This document shows positions 1 through 14,749 of a stretch of 64,000 nucleotides of DNA, in pieces. Made by a program: the position numbers and the translations under genes. Origin of the DNA: the human T2T-CHM13v2.0 reference genome, Homo sapiens. Each line of letters opens with the position of its first letter. Within the stretch, counting starts at the first letter, position 1. The notes under the pieces were generated by a model, which made no database searches, was not told the DNA's origin, and worked only from the letters and a program-made list of their open reading frames with translations. The stretch lies in assembly GCF_009914755.1 (NCBI RefSeq), contig NC_060948.1, one strand, 5' to 3'.

Positions 1-475
1 GAGTGACCTCATGATAAATATATTTGGGCATTTAATTCAATTTCTCTCTATACTGCCCATTTATTAGGTATATCACTTATTAGCATTTTCATGAAAGTTG
101 GGAAGAAGAAATGGTGTTTGAATTAGTTACTTTCTCTATATGTTGGCAGCTTCTCTAAAATGTCTTCAGGGAAAGATTTTAAATTTTGGCTGTAGTAAAA
201 ATATAAAAGGTCTAGAAATTTCTATTACCCATGCTATTTCTTAGAAAAACAGAAGTTTACAATTAGGTTTTTTTGTGTTCTTATTAGGGAGATGTTGCTA
301 GCCCTGGGACTGTAGTCGTATCTCCACTTTATTTACTATTATAACCTAATGAGATGTTAGCATCGTTATAAATTATTCTTTATAGTTAATTGTATGAGAT
401 TATATTAATTTCCATCAGCTACTGTTCCACTTAATAGAGGATATGCAGCTACGGGTAGCAAAAGTTACCTAAATA

Positions 476-810
476 AAGGGCCAGGAAAGTATAGCCATAG
501 GATAAATCTGGCCTTCTACTTATTTTTCTGCAGTGTTCAATCTAAGAATGATTGTTAAATCTTTAAGTGGTTGAAGAAAAAGCTCTTAAAGAATTTTTTG
601 ACACATTAAAATTAGATGAAATTCAAATTTTATGTCAATAAATTAATTTTATTAGAACATATCCATGCCCATTCATTTATATATTGTATCTGGTTACTTT
701 CACACTACAATGACAGAGATGAATAATAGTTTGCAACACAGACAGGGTGGTCTATAAAACTTAAAACAGTTACTATCATCCCCTTTACAGAAAATGTTTG
801 CCAACTCCTG
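476..810 (+). mobile_element. MER58B-like hAT-Charlie DNA transposon (MITE)
   Basis: Motifs 'ttttattagaacatatccatgcccattcatttatatattg', 'cacactacaatgacagag' and terminus 'ccctttacagaaaatgtttgccaactcctg' resemble the MER58 consensus; internal 'ctaagaatg...atgaaattcaaattt' segment fits the B form. Confidence 0.75.
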
Positions 811-1400
811 CTCTAAATGATGAATGTTTTCACTGTTCGTAATCAAATAAACTGAATATTTTGTGATGACATTTTATTTTTAAAGCTAGAAATTGATTGC
901 TGATACCTGTTTTTTGTAATAATTGGGATTTAAAATTAATCTCGTATCACCATTTAATTTTGATTCCTTAAATATAACAAACAATCAGCAACAGTGGATT
1001 TTAGAGGAATCATAATAAAATTGTCTTTGATATTACTGTATTTCCAGCACAATGTTTTAATATTAAGAAGGAAATCCTCAGAGAGCCTAGAAGTCTTTAA
1101 TTTTGCTTGTGCAAATATTTGAAATTTATGTTTTCTTTTGCCTATTTTGAAATTATAATTGAATTAAATTATCTTGTACAACTCAATGTGAATATATTGC
1201 AATAATAGCATTTTTATTTTTTTAAAAGATTGAACATATTGTGTAAGGCCTTGATTTGCCTACATGCAAGAAAAAAAGTTAGTAGTAATATATTTGAAGT
1301 TAAGAACAGCAAAAATAGATAATTCTAATGCTAAATAGCCTCTATTCTGTTTGAAAATTGGTTTAAATTTCTTACTTGAAAAGTATGTGGAAAAAGCAAA

Positions 1401-2185
1401 TGATTTAATTATTGTATATGGCATAAGACAAGGGTTCACTTTTATCTTTTTGCATGTGGATATCAAGATTTTCCAACAGCATTTATTGAAGAAAATTTCC
1501 CTTCCTCACGTGTATCCTTGACACCTTTGTGAAAGATTAGTTAAACATGCCTTTTTGGATTTAATTCTGGGCTCTCTATTCTGTTCCATTGGTCTATGTG
1601 TCTGTGTTTATACCTGTACCATACTCCTTGATTACTTTGTAATATAGTTTGAAAAAATGAAGTGTGATGCCTCCATCTGTGTTTTTCCTTCTCGAATTTG
1701 CTTTGGCTATTCAGGTTCTGTTGTGGTTCCATACAAGATTTAAAATTGTTTTTCTACTTCTGCAAAAAATAGACATTGAACTTTTGATAAGGATTGTATT
1801 GAATCTGTAGATCACTTTAAGTAGTATAGACTTTTCAACAATATTAATTCTTCTAATTCATGAATGCAGACTATCTTTCCATTTATTCATGCCTTCTTCC
1901 ATTTCTTTTATCAATGCTTTATAGTTTTCAATGTACAGATCTTTCACCTCTTTAGCGATGCTGTTATAAATGGGATTTTTTTTTGGTTTTTAATTTCAGA
2001 CAGTTTCTTTTTAGTGTATAGACACATAACAAATATTTGTGTGTTAGTTTTGTATTTTTCACCTTTACTGAATTCACTTATTAATTCTGACAGTTCTGTG
2101 GTGGAGTATGTAGGGTTTTTTATATAGAACATCATTCATCTGCAAACAGAAGTTAATTACTTATTTTCCCAATTGGGTGATTTTT
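1401..2185 (-). mobile_element. L1 ORF2 fragment, inverted 5' part of a 5'-inverted L1MA-type element
   Basis: Minus-strand translation [22 protein letters not shown] (ORF 1541..1732) and ELISEFSK..YK.NTQ (ORF 1944..2135) match L1 ORF2; orientation flips at about 2185. Confidence 0.85.
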
Positions 2186-3500
2186 TTACACCATATACAA
2201 AATTTAACTAGAAATTGATTAAAGGCTTAAATGTAATGTCAGTAACTGTAAAACTCCTAGAAGAAAGCATAGAGAAAAAGTTCCTTGACATTTTTCTCAG
2301 CAATGGATTTCTTTAAAATGACACCAGAAGCACAGGAAGCAAAAGCAAAAATAAGCAAGTAGTCCTACAATAAACTAAAAAGCTTCTACACAGCAAAGGA
2401 AACAGTCAGCAAAATGAAAAGGAAACCTACAGAATGAGAGAAAACTTTTGCAAATCGTATATCTGATAAGCATTTAATATCCAAAGTACATAAATAACTC
2501 AAGTAACTCAATAGCAAAAAAAACAAAAAAATCAAATAACCTTATTGAGAAGACATACAAATGACAACAGGTAAATGAAAATGTGTCCACTATCACTAAT
2601 TATCAGGGAAATTCAAATAAAAACCACAGAGATATCACAACATTCCTGTTAGAATGACTATTATCAAAAAGACAAGAGATGATGTGTTGATGAGGGTGTG
2701 AAAAAAGGGAACACTTGTACACTGTAGGTGGGAATGTAAATTAGTACAGTCATTGAAAACAGTGTGGAAGTTTCTCAAAAATGAGAAATAAAGCTACCAT
2801 TCTATACAGCAATCCCACTTATTGGTATGTACCCAAAGGAAATGCATTCATTGCGGCACTATTTGCAATAACGAAGATACAGAAACAACCTGTTTCCATC
2901 AACAAATAAATGAATAAATAAATCAGGGTATATATATGTGTGTGTGTGTGTATATATATATATAAAATATATATACACATATGTATATGTGTATATATGT
3001 AATATATACATATGTATATGTGTATATGTAATATATACATATATGTATATGTGTGTATATATTACATATGTGTATGTGTATATATGTTACATATGTGTAT
3101 ATATGTATATAAATGTCTGTATATATATATACAAACATATTTACATGTATATATACACACAATAAAATAATATTCAGTGATAAAATAAAGGAAATCCTGC
3201 CATTTGCAGCAACATGGATAGAACTAGGGGTGATTCTATTAAGTGGAAGTGAAATAAGCCAAGCACAGAAAGCAAATATTTCATGTTATCACTCATGTGG
3301 GATCTAAAAACCTGTATCTCATGAAGATAAAGTAGATTGGTGGTTACTAGAGGTTGGAAGGGAAAAGGTGAGGGATGAATGAAGGGAAACAGAAGAACAT
3401 AAATGTATTTATCACCACTGAACTTTACACTTAAAATTGGTAAACATTGCAAATTATCTGTATATATATGTACCTCAACAAACAATAAATTTTAAAAAAT
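2186..3500 (+). mobile_element. L1MA-type 3' end (ORF2 C-terminus and 3'UTR), direct part of the inverted element
   Basis: 'acaccatatacaaaatttaac', 'aaagcttctacacagcaaaggaaac', 'gaaatcctgccatttgcagcaacatggat', 3'UTR ending in 'aacaataaat' and an A-rich tail. Confidence 0.85.
2928..3160. repeat. Compound (TA)n/(TG)n/(CATA)n microsatellite inside L1
   Basis: Long imperfect alternating TA/TG/CA run seen directly. Confidence 0.95.
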
Positions 3501-3504
3501 TATA

Positions 3505-4290
3505 AAAGGAAATGCAAATCAAAACCACAGTATCACCTCACACATACTATTATATCCATTATCCATTATCCATTATCAAAAAGACAAGAGATACATGTTG
3601 GTAAGGGTGTAGAGGAAGATAACCCTTGTATACTGTTGGTGGGAATGTAAATTGATACAATCATGGAAAACAGTATGGATATTTCTCAAAAAATTAGAAA
3701 TAGAACTACCATATAATATAGCAATTTCACTTCTGGGTATATACCCAAAGGAAAACCAGTCAGTATCTCAAAGAGATTTCTGCACCCTCATGTTCATTGC
3801 AGAATTGTTTGCAACAGCCAACATGTGGAAACAGCCTAAGTATCCACCGCCTAATGAATCAATGGAGAAATCACGGTACATATACATAATGGAATATTAT
3901 TCAACCATGGAAACGAAGGAAATCCTGCCATTTGCAAAAACATGGATGAACCTTGAAGACATTATTCTAAGTGAAATTAACCAGACACAGAAAGGCAAAT
4001 ACTATATCATCTCATTTAAATGTGGAATCTAAAAAAATATAACTTACAGAAGCAGAAAGAATGGTGAATGCCAGGGCCTGGAGATTAAGGGGAAATGGTG
4101 AGATGTTGGTCCAAGGGTACAGACTTTCGGTTATAAGATGAACAAGTTCTGAGGGTCTAAGGTACAGCATGATAGATGTGTTAATTAATTTGAGTGTGGT
4201 AATCATACAAAGCATTTGTATCAAATTATCATGTTGCTTACCTTGAACAAATACAATCTTTATTCATCCATTAAATATTTAAAATAAAAA
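3505..4290 (+). mobile_element. Second L1 3' end (late L1MA/early L1MB type)
   Basis: ORF 3652..4032 matches the L1 ORF2 C-terminus ([35 protein letters not shown]); 3'UTR 'agatgttggtccaagggtac...ttataagatgaacaagttctg'; AATAAA at end. Confidence 0.85.
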
Positions 4291-4819
4291 GGCAAGGAAC
4301 CACTAAACAAGAAAGTAATCACTAAAAACAGTGAAATATTTGCTAGGGTAAAATTATTTTTCAGTTACTTTTCCTCTAGATCATCCATTTAAATGATAGA
4401 TTCAAGGAGAAATAAGTAAGCATTTACAACAAACAATATTCCAAGTTTTATGCTTCTAAACATGAAATTAAACTTTATACTAGTGTCTCTGTTCTTAATT
4501 AAGAGGCTAAACATTTTATTAATCAAAAGCAGCATGCTTCATTAGGAGAAACATTCAGTTCAACTTAAACAAGTGTTTGAGCCTTATGTTACTTTAGGGA
4601 GACATATCTTTCAGTTAGTTTACTTGTATAAGGAGAATATCCATACCTGTTTTACCCATCTCAAAGGTGAGAAGAGAAATAACATTTATTAAGCAGCTAC
4701 TAAATGCCAGGCATTTTTCTATGGATTTTATAAACATTATGTCATCTAATCTTCAAAAGAGACATGCAAAATAGAAAGTATTCTTATTTTGCTTATAGCA
4801 AAATACAGTACAGAAAAGG

Positions 4820-4980
4820 CAGATAACAGTACAATTGAGTTAGAAGAAAAAAGTCTTGGTGCCAGGCAAATCTTACTCTGAGTCATATCTATGCCATATG
4901 CTTGCTTTGTGACTTAGAGAAATTTGACTTAAATTTTGTTATCCTCTTTCTTTATCTATAAAAACAAGGTAAACCTACCT
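4820..4980 (+). mobile_element. MIR SINE fragment
   Basis: Degenerate core 'gctttgtgacttagagaaatttgacttaa...tttctttatctataaaa'. Confidence 0.5.
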
Positions 4981-4984
4981 ATAA

Positions 4985-5480
4985 TAGAGCATGTTTGGTT
5001 ACAGGTACCAAACTAGTTTAAATTGAAAAGACATTATCATAGGAATCTATAAGGAATTTTCACAACCCAATTTCTTTGAATACCTCTCCCAGCTCCCCTC
5101 ACCACTACTCTGCCTTCCAACTGCCACATATTGTGTTTTTACTGATTCCCTCTCTGCAGCTATTGCTTTTCCTGCTACTCTATACTGAATTGACTTCTGT
5201 GGATGCATATAGCTAAAATAACTGACAGTTCAGCCTTCATAAGCTTGCACCTCCAGTATTTACCAAAATTTTTAAAAATTTTGACTTTTATTTCAATTAA
5301 TGACAGAGATAATCTGATTGGCTTATTTTGAGTTAAGAATCCGTTACTTGTTCAATCAGTGGTAACTAGGGACCAGGGTCACCTCATACAAAGGACCCTA
5401 CGTAAATCTGTCCCTTTATTGGAAGTTGTGGGAAACCATTTCCAGATAATAAAGATAAATGCTTGATTAGCACATCAAAT
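4985..5480. mobile_element. Old ERVL/MaLR LTR relic (MLT1-like)
   Basis: 'gagataatctgattggct...ttcaatcagtggtaactagggaccagggtcac' resembles an old MLT1-type motif; boundaries uncertain. Confidence 0.35.
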
Positions 5481-7239
5481 ATATCTGTTAACCATATCCT
5501 TTGGCCCACTGTAAGTATTCAAAGTAATATAACATGTCTCACATAGAAAATGTTTAATAGATTTTAACTATTGTTGTTACTTTAGTATCAATACAGGAGG
5601 CCCATTTAAATAGCTTATATTGAGGACCTGCCATGTATCAAATGCATTATTGACATTGTCTTATTTAATCCAGTACCTTCCACATTGCCTGGCAGATTAA
5701 AAATTTAATAAATAGTTGTTGGATTATGCAAGTTATCAAAACAAGTATTGAAGTGTAAACTTTATTACCCAAAAATTATAGAAGACATAATGAGAGCTTA
5801 TAATCAAATGATGTTGAATGTGTATTTTGCAGCTCTTGGATGAAATATTCTATAAATATCTATTAGATTCACTTGGTCTATAGTATGAATTAAGTCTGAT
5901 GTTTCTTGATTTTCTCTCTGGAAGATCTGTCAAATACTGAAAGTTGATTGTTGAAATCTCCATCTATTATTGTATCGAGGTCTGTCTTTCCCCTTAGCTC
6001 TAATAACATTTACTTTACATATCTGGGTGTTCCATGGTTGGGTGTATATAAACTTAAAATTTGTATATTCTCTTGCTGAATTTAGTCCCTTATTATCATA
6101 TAGTGACCATTTTTGTCCCTTCTTATAGTTTTTGTTTTGAAATCTATTTTGTCTGATATAAGTGCTATGAGTCCTGCTCGTTTCTGGTTTCCAATGGTAT
6201 AGAATAATTTTTCTATCCCTTTATTTTCAGTCTATGTGTCTTTATAGGTGAACTGTGTTTATTGTAGGCAACAGATAAATACTTCCTGATTTTCATCCAT
6301 TCAGCCAGCTGATGGCTTTTGATTGGAGAGTTGTACCCATTTACATTCAATGTTATTATTGACGAATGAGCACTTACTCTTGCCATTTTGTTATTTGTTT
6401 TCTGGTTCTTTTATGGTCTTCACTTTCTTCTTTCTTTCCTTTCTGTCTTCCTCTAGTGTAGGTAATTTTCTCTGGTAATTTGATTTAGTTTCTTGCTTTT
6501 TATTTTTTGTATCCATTTTTATTTTTTGCTTTGAGATTACCACGAGTGTTGCAAATGTTATTTTATAACTCCGGTATTTTAAACTGATAACAACTTAGCA
6601 CTATTTGCAAAAGCAAACAATTTAACAAGCAAAAGAAAAACTAATAATAACTCTATGCCTTAACTTCATCCCCCACCCCCCGCTTTTTAACGTTTTGTTG
6701 TTTCTATTTATATCCTATTGTACTATGTCTTGAAATATTTTTTAGTTATTATTTTTTTCATTGTTTACTCTTTCTGCTTAGGATAAGAGTAGTTTACATA
6801 CCACAGTTACAGTTTTATAACATTCTATGTTTTTTTGTGTACTTACTATGACCAGTAATTTTTTGTACCATCAGGTAATTATTTATTGCTCATTAATGTC
6901 CTTGTATTTCTGATTGAAATATTCTCTTTAGCATTTCTTGTAGAACAGGTGTGGTATTGATGAAATCCCTCAGCTTTTGTTTGTCTGGGAAATGCTTTAT
7001 TTCTCCTTCACGTTTGAAGAATAATTACACCAGATATACTACTCTAGAGTAAAAGTTTCTTTTTGTTTTTTTTTTCTTTAGTACTTTAAATATGTCATGC
7101 TACTGTCTTCTGGCCTGTAAGGTTTCCACTGAAATGTCTGCTGACAGTCATATTGGAGCTCCATTATATGGTACTTCTTTTTTTCTCCTGCTGCTTTTAG
7201 GATAATTTCTTTATCTTTGATGTTTGGGAGTTTGTTTAT

Positions 7240-8631
7240 TTATTTTATGTATTTATTTTTATTTTACTTTAAGTTCTGGGAAACATCATCCTGATACCAA
7301 AACCTGGCAGAGACACAACAAAAAAAGAAAATTCAGGCCAATATCCCTAATGAACATCAATGTGTAAATTCTCAATAAAATACTGGAAAACCAAATCCAG
7401 AAGCAAATCAAAAAGCTTATCCACCATAATCAAGTTGACTTCATCCCTGGGGTGCAAGCTTGGTTCAACATATGCAAATCAATAAACATAATCCATCACA
7501 TGAACAGAACCAATGATAAAAAACACGTGATTATCTCAATAGATGCAGAAAAGGCCTTCGATAAAATTCAACATCCTTTCATGCTACAAACTCTCAATAA
7601 ACTAGGTATTGATGGAACATATCTTAAAATAATAAGAGCTATTTATGAAAAACCCATAGCCAATATCATACTGAATGGGCAAAAGCTGGAAGCATTCCCT
7701 TTGAAAGCTGGCACAAGACAAGAATGCCCCCTGTCACCACTCCTATTCAACATAATATTGAAAGTTCTGGCTAGGGCAATCAGGCAAGAGAAAAAATTAA
7801 GAGTATTCAAATAGGAAGAAAGGAAGTCAAATTGTCTCTGTTTGCAGATGACATGATTGTATATTTAGAAAACCCCATCATCTCAGCCCAAAAATCCCTT
7901 AAGCTGATAAGCGACTTCAGCAAAGTCTCAGGATACAAAATCAATGTGCAAAGATCATAAGCATTCCTATACACTAATAATACGTAAGCAAAGAGCCAAA
8001 TCATGAGTGAACTCCCATTCACAATTGCTACAAAGGAGTAAAATACCCATGAATACAACTTACAAGGGATGTGAAGGACCTCTTCAAGGAGAACTACAAA
8101 ACCACTCTTCAAGGAAATAAGAGAAGACACAAAAAAATGGAAAAACATCCATACTCATGGATAGGGAGAATCAATATCATGAAAATGGACACACTGCCCA
8201 AAGTAATTTATAGATTCAATGCAATTCCCATCAAGCTACCGTTGACTTTCTTTGCAGAACTAGAAATAACTACTTTAAATTTCATACGGAGTCAAAAAAG
8301 AGCCCATATAGCCAAGACAATCCTAAGCAAAAAGAACAAAACTGGAGGCCTCAAGCTACATGACTTCAAACAACACAGCAAGGCTACAGTAACCAAAACA
8401 GCATGGTACTGGTACCAAAACAGATATATAGACCAATGGAATAGAACAGAGGCCTCAGAAATAACACCACACATCTACAACCATCTGATCTTTGATAAAC
8501 TTGACAAAAATAAGCAATGGGGAAAGGATTCCCTGTTTAATAAATGGTGTTGGGAAAACTGGCTAGCCATATGCAGAAAACAGAAACTGGACCCCTTCCT
8601 TACACCTTATACAAAAATTAACTCAAGATTT
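7240..8631 (-). mobile_element. 5'-inverted L1PA7/8-like insertion: T-rich tail and about 22 nt of 3' end on minus, about 1.35 kb ORF2 segment on plus
   Basis: TSD GAGTTTGTTTAT at 7228-7239 and 8632-8643; 'tactttaagttctgggaaacat' is the L1PA 3' terminus; ORFs 7452..7814 and 8071..8655 are RT-region ORF2 ([42 protein letters not shown]). Confidence 0.9.
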
Positions 8632-10631
8632 GAGTTTGTTTATCAAATGCCTTAATGCAGTCCTTTTTGTGTTAAATCTGCTAGGTGTTCTATAATGTTT
8701 TTCTACTTGGATATGGATATCTTTCTCCAGGTTTGGGAAATTCTCTGTTATCATCTTTTTGAACAAACTTTCTTCCCCCATCACTTTCTCTACTTCCTCT
8801 GTAAGGCCAATAGCTCTTAAGTTTGCAGTTTTAAGGCTGCTTTCCAGATCCTGTAGCCATGCTTCGTTTTTTTTTCTTTTATCTCCACTTACTGTGTGTT
8901 TTCAAACAGCCTGTCTTTAGGCCCAGTAATTCTTTCTTCTGCTTGATCAATTCTGATATTAAAGGATGCCGAAGAATTCTTCAGTATGCCAATTTCATTT
9001 TTCAGCTCTAGAATTTCCGCTTGATTATTTTTGATTGTTTTATCTTTTTGTTAAATGTGTCTTATAGGATTCTGAATTCCTTCTTTGTTCATTTGGTGAG
9101 ATCATGTTTTCCTGGATGGTGATAATGCTGATAGATGTTCTTCAATATCTGGGCATTGAAGAGATATGTATTTATTGTAGTCTTCACTACTAGACATGTT
9201 TGTACTCCTCCTTCTTGGGAGGGATTTTCAGATGTTTAAAAGGACTTGGATGTTGTGATCTAAGCTTTATCTGCTTTTGGGGGCGCACCAAGCACACTAA
9301 TGCTGTGGTTCTGGATGGTCTTAGACAATATCCAAGAGAATTCTCTGGATTACCACTAAGAAACTTCTATTCTCTTCCCTTACTTTCTCCCAAACATATA
9401 GTCTTTCTCTGTTCTGAACCTCCTAAAGCTGAGGGTGAACTTACTCATGTACGCTTGTGCCCATCAACACTATGACTGTACTGGGTCAGACCTGAAACCA
9501 GCACAGCACGGAGTCTCTCCCAAGGCCTGTGGTAACCACTCCCTAGTTACTGCATATGTTTCCTCAAGGCCCTGGGGCTCTATAATCAGTAGGTGACAAA
9601 GTCAGCCAGGCCTGTGTCCCTCCCTTCTGGGAAGTGAGGTCCCCCAGGCCCCAGGTGAATCCAAAAGCACCATCCTGGCATCAGGGGCTAGAGTAAAAAA
9701 TGTTAGGAGTCTACCTGGTATTCTATTGTATCTCAGCTGAGCTAGCACTCAAACCATACGATGTAGTTCTTCCATACTTTTCTCCCCTTTCCAAAGGCAC
9801 AGGAACCTCACCCTGAAGCCATCTCCACCTCAGGCCATGTGGAGTACTCTCAGACTACCCTGGATATTCTCTTAAGGTCCAAGGTCTCTTAAGTCAGCTT
9901 GTGGTGAATTTTGCCTGACCTGGGACTCCCCTACGTGGTCGTAGGCTCCCCTCTCGCGCAGGGCATGTCCAGAAATGCCATCCAAGTGTCACATCTTAGA
10001 ATCAGAGATCCCAAGGGCCTGCTTATTCCTCTACCCTCTGTGGTTGTGATGGTACCTAAAGTGCAAGACAAAGTCCCCTTTACTTTTTCCTCTGCTTTTC
10101 TCAAATAGAAAGAGTTTGGGCCCATAACCACCAAAACTGGCAATGTGCTGAGTCTCACCTGAAGCCAGCAAGTCTTGGAGGCTCATCCAAGGACCTTGGT
10201 GTAATACCAAGGTAAAACTTGTGGTTATTCAGAGTCCAAGGGCTCTTCAGTTAACAGATGAATGCTGCTAGGAATGAGTCATTTCCTTCAAGGCAGTGGG
10301 TTTCCTTCTGGCCCAGGATGTGTCTAGAAATGGCATCTGGGAACTAGGGCCTATAACAGGGGTCTCATGACTCTGACCAGTGCCTTGTCCTGTAATGGCT
10401 AGTTGGTATCCAAGATGCAAGACAAAATTCTCCCCATTCTCCCCTCTTCTCTCTTCAAGTATAAAGAATGAGTATCTTTTGGAGCTGTTAGATGTGCAGC
10501 CTGGGGTTAGGGGAGGGGTGATGTCAGCACTCCTTGGGCTGCCCCAACTTGTGTCTCAGTAGGTCATGTTTATCCCCAGTTTACTGTCTCTGGGCCTAGT
10601 TCAGCACTAGGACTCACCTAAGAATTGCAGT

Positions 10632-12016
<1,385 letters not shown>

Positions 12017-12649
12017 AAGAATTGCAGTGCTTATTTTTTTGCAGTCCAAAAAAGAATTGCCTAGACTACCTTACCTTTCAAGTTTACTTGGAGTGTTGTG
12101 GTCCTTGGTGGCAAGGTTTGAAGGCACACAAGTTCAGACCTCAGCTATCAGCAATTCCCCTGTGGCTAAGGCTGGTTGAAATTCTCCCTTGGTAGCCAGG
12201 CATCATCTGAGTTTGGTCTGATTTTCCTTTCTGTTCTAATAGGACAGCACTGAGTTCCATGCCTCACGATTGTGTTCTCTCTCCCCCAGTGCCCAGAGAT
12301 GCTCTCCATACCATGCTGAAGCTGCAGGGGGTGGGGGTGGTTCCAGCCACTCAGGACTGTTTTTTTCTATCTCTTCAGTGCCTCTTTCTGCTATATGAAG
12401 TTAAAACCAGTTACTGTAAGTGCTCATCTGACATTTGGTTCTTGTGAAGGTGATTTTTCTGTGTAGATATTTGTTAAATAGTTTTCTTTGCAGAGGGGGA
12501 CAATCGGTGAAGCTTTCCTTTCAACCATCTTGCTCAGCCTCTAATTTTATGAATCTTACTATTTCACAACAATCATTATCATGACTCAGGTCAACCTGTT
12601 TTATGACATTTGTCATTTGCACTTTCTGTAACAAGTAATTTGAATACAT

Positions 12650-12808
12650 GCAACTTTTTCTTATTAGTTGTTTACATATGTGTCTCTTCTACTAAGTCTT
12701 GCATTCCTTGAAGGAAGGAGCAATGTACTGTGCAACCTTATACTACTTGTAACTGATACAGTCATGGTGCATAGTAAATGATATATAAATACTCATTGAA
12801 TGAATGAT
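12650..12808 (+). mobile_element. L2 3' end fragment
   Basis: 'ttccttgaaggaaggagcaatgt...ggtgcatagta...ataaatactcattgaatgaatga' resembles the L2 3' tail. Confidence 0.55.
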
Positions 12809-13109
12809 CAAGAATGGAAACTGAACCATGAAGGCTAGTTTGTGATTTACACAAACATTGGCAAAGTTCTGGCACAAATTTTATATGAAAAATTTAAACA
12901 CTTAAAATCAACAGAACTTGTATCTAGAATCTGAATTGTTCTAGTCATTATCTCAGTTTTTATTTTTTAAAAATACAATTAATGTACAAATATAATTTTA
13001 GCTGTGGACAGTGAAGTTTAATTGGTTGATGACACAATCTGGTTTTCGATAACGGTATGAAAACCATGTTCCCTCTAACTTTTCATTGTGGCTGTTTTTG
13101 CTTTGTTTT

Positions 13110-13360
13110 GGTGAGCAACTATTGAGTTTTTATTGTGTGCCAAGCACCATACATACATTACTTTATTAAACTATCATATGAGTATAGGAGAGTTAAATTG
13201 ACTTATTTAATGCCCTACCTCTAATGAGAACAAGTGATATAGTTTCAATCTTTACCTGATCTCAGGTAAAGATCGCAAGGTTTTTTGTCCTTGCGATAGT
13301 TTGCTGAGAATGATGGTTTCCAGCTCCAAGCATATATTTACTAAACTAGACTGCATCTCA
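13110..13360 (-). mobile_element. MIR relic hosting a complex insertion
   Basis: 'attgagtttttattgtgtgccaagcac' and 'acctga|ctccaagcatatatttactaaactagactgcatctc' resemble MIR on the minus strand. Confidence 0.5.
13279..13325 (-). mobile_element. 47-nt isolated young L1PA ORF2 3' fragment with no tail or TSD
   Basis: 'ggttttttgtccttgcgatagtttgctgagaatgatggtttccagct' is the reverse complement of the same L1 segment seen at about 11673-11720, differing at only about one base. Confidence 0.9.
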
Positions 13361-13569
13361 TTCTCAGTCTCCTAAGAGGCTTTCCTACCTTTTCCATGAA
13401 GAAATAGTGATAACAGAGACTCACCAAAATTAATATATACAAAACCTTATTTTCCACTAGCCCTGGAGCAAAGCTGTTCATTCCATAAAGATAGATATGT
13501 CTATGAAACAGATAATGAAAGAAAACTACATTAATTAATCTCTGGTGATCAAATGGTAAGAATCTTTGC

Positions 13570-13918
<349 letters not shown>

Positions 13919-14554
13919 CTAAAAATGTTATGTGTGTTATGATGGAATAGTCTTGTCAGTGAACTTTGTAAGTGATGCAGTTAAATGATGCAATTTGAGG
14001 GTCAGGAAGAAGACTAATGCTTACAGGGAGGCTAACACTTGAAATTTTGTAATTTGCCTGTAAGCAATGAATGTTGATTTTTATTAACATGCAGATACAC
14101 TTGGGTTGGAAATACATCAAGTAGTTATGAATAAATTTATCTTCGTATGATGTAATTAATTGAGCATGTATTTGTTAGGGTTAGAAAAATAGATCAAAAG
14201 AGATTCTGGGTAATAATGACACTGAGTAAAACATATGCAATATTAGGGGAAAATAGGTTCTTAAACTTAAGAAAGCACATAGAAGTCAAATTCAGCAGAA
14301 AAATGTCTCGCAAAGCCTGAGAGGTCCAGAAATACTAGGTTTAGATTTTTTTACCCTTTTGTTGGAACCTCGATATGAGATTAGGGTTATCTACCCTGGT
14401 ACAGTTAGAATCTTGCTTTTCGCCTATATTGTGAATTAATGATATTCTGCCCTAGAGGGAAAAAATAGTTCCTTATTTGGGGTTATTTGCAGAAGTGTGA
14501 AAGAACAGTTTTGAAACAAATTCCTTATTTGGACCTTCTTTGTTTTCTTCTCAG

Positions 14555-14749
14555 GTTGTAACTTCAGGTCATGATTCCTTGCTTGATTTGGACCCCAGTG
14601 AAATGGCTATAGCCTGAAGGAAATCTTCCAGGTAGATAGACAGAGGGAGCAAGAAAAACTGCATTCTCTGCAGTTTTACCTCTGTGTGCAATCATGAAAG
14701 AAAAGCACAGATTGAATAGATCAGCCCGGTCTGTGTGAACCAGGTTCAG
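14555..14749 (+). other. Candidate exon (donors after 14631 or 14749)
   Basis: Strong acceptor 'ccttctttgttttcttctcag|g'; donors 'cag|gtagat' and 'cag|gtatga'. Confidence 0.25.

Noticed and set aside
2819-3165. Tyr/Ile/His-rich ORFs
   Set aside because: Translations of a TA/TG microsatellite
3554-3577. ATCCATT x3 repeat
   Set aside because: Trivial slippage repeat inside an L1
7452-8655. ORFs with reverse transcriptase motifs as a novel RT system or functional gene
   Set aside because: Ordinary L1 ORF2 fragments with frameshifts and stops inside a truncated insertion
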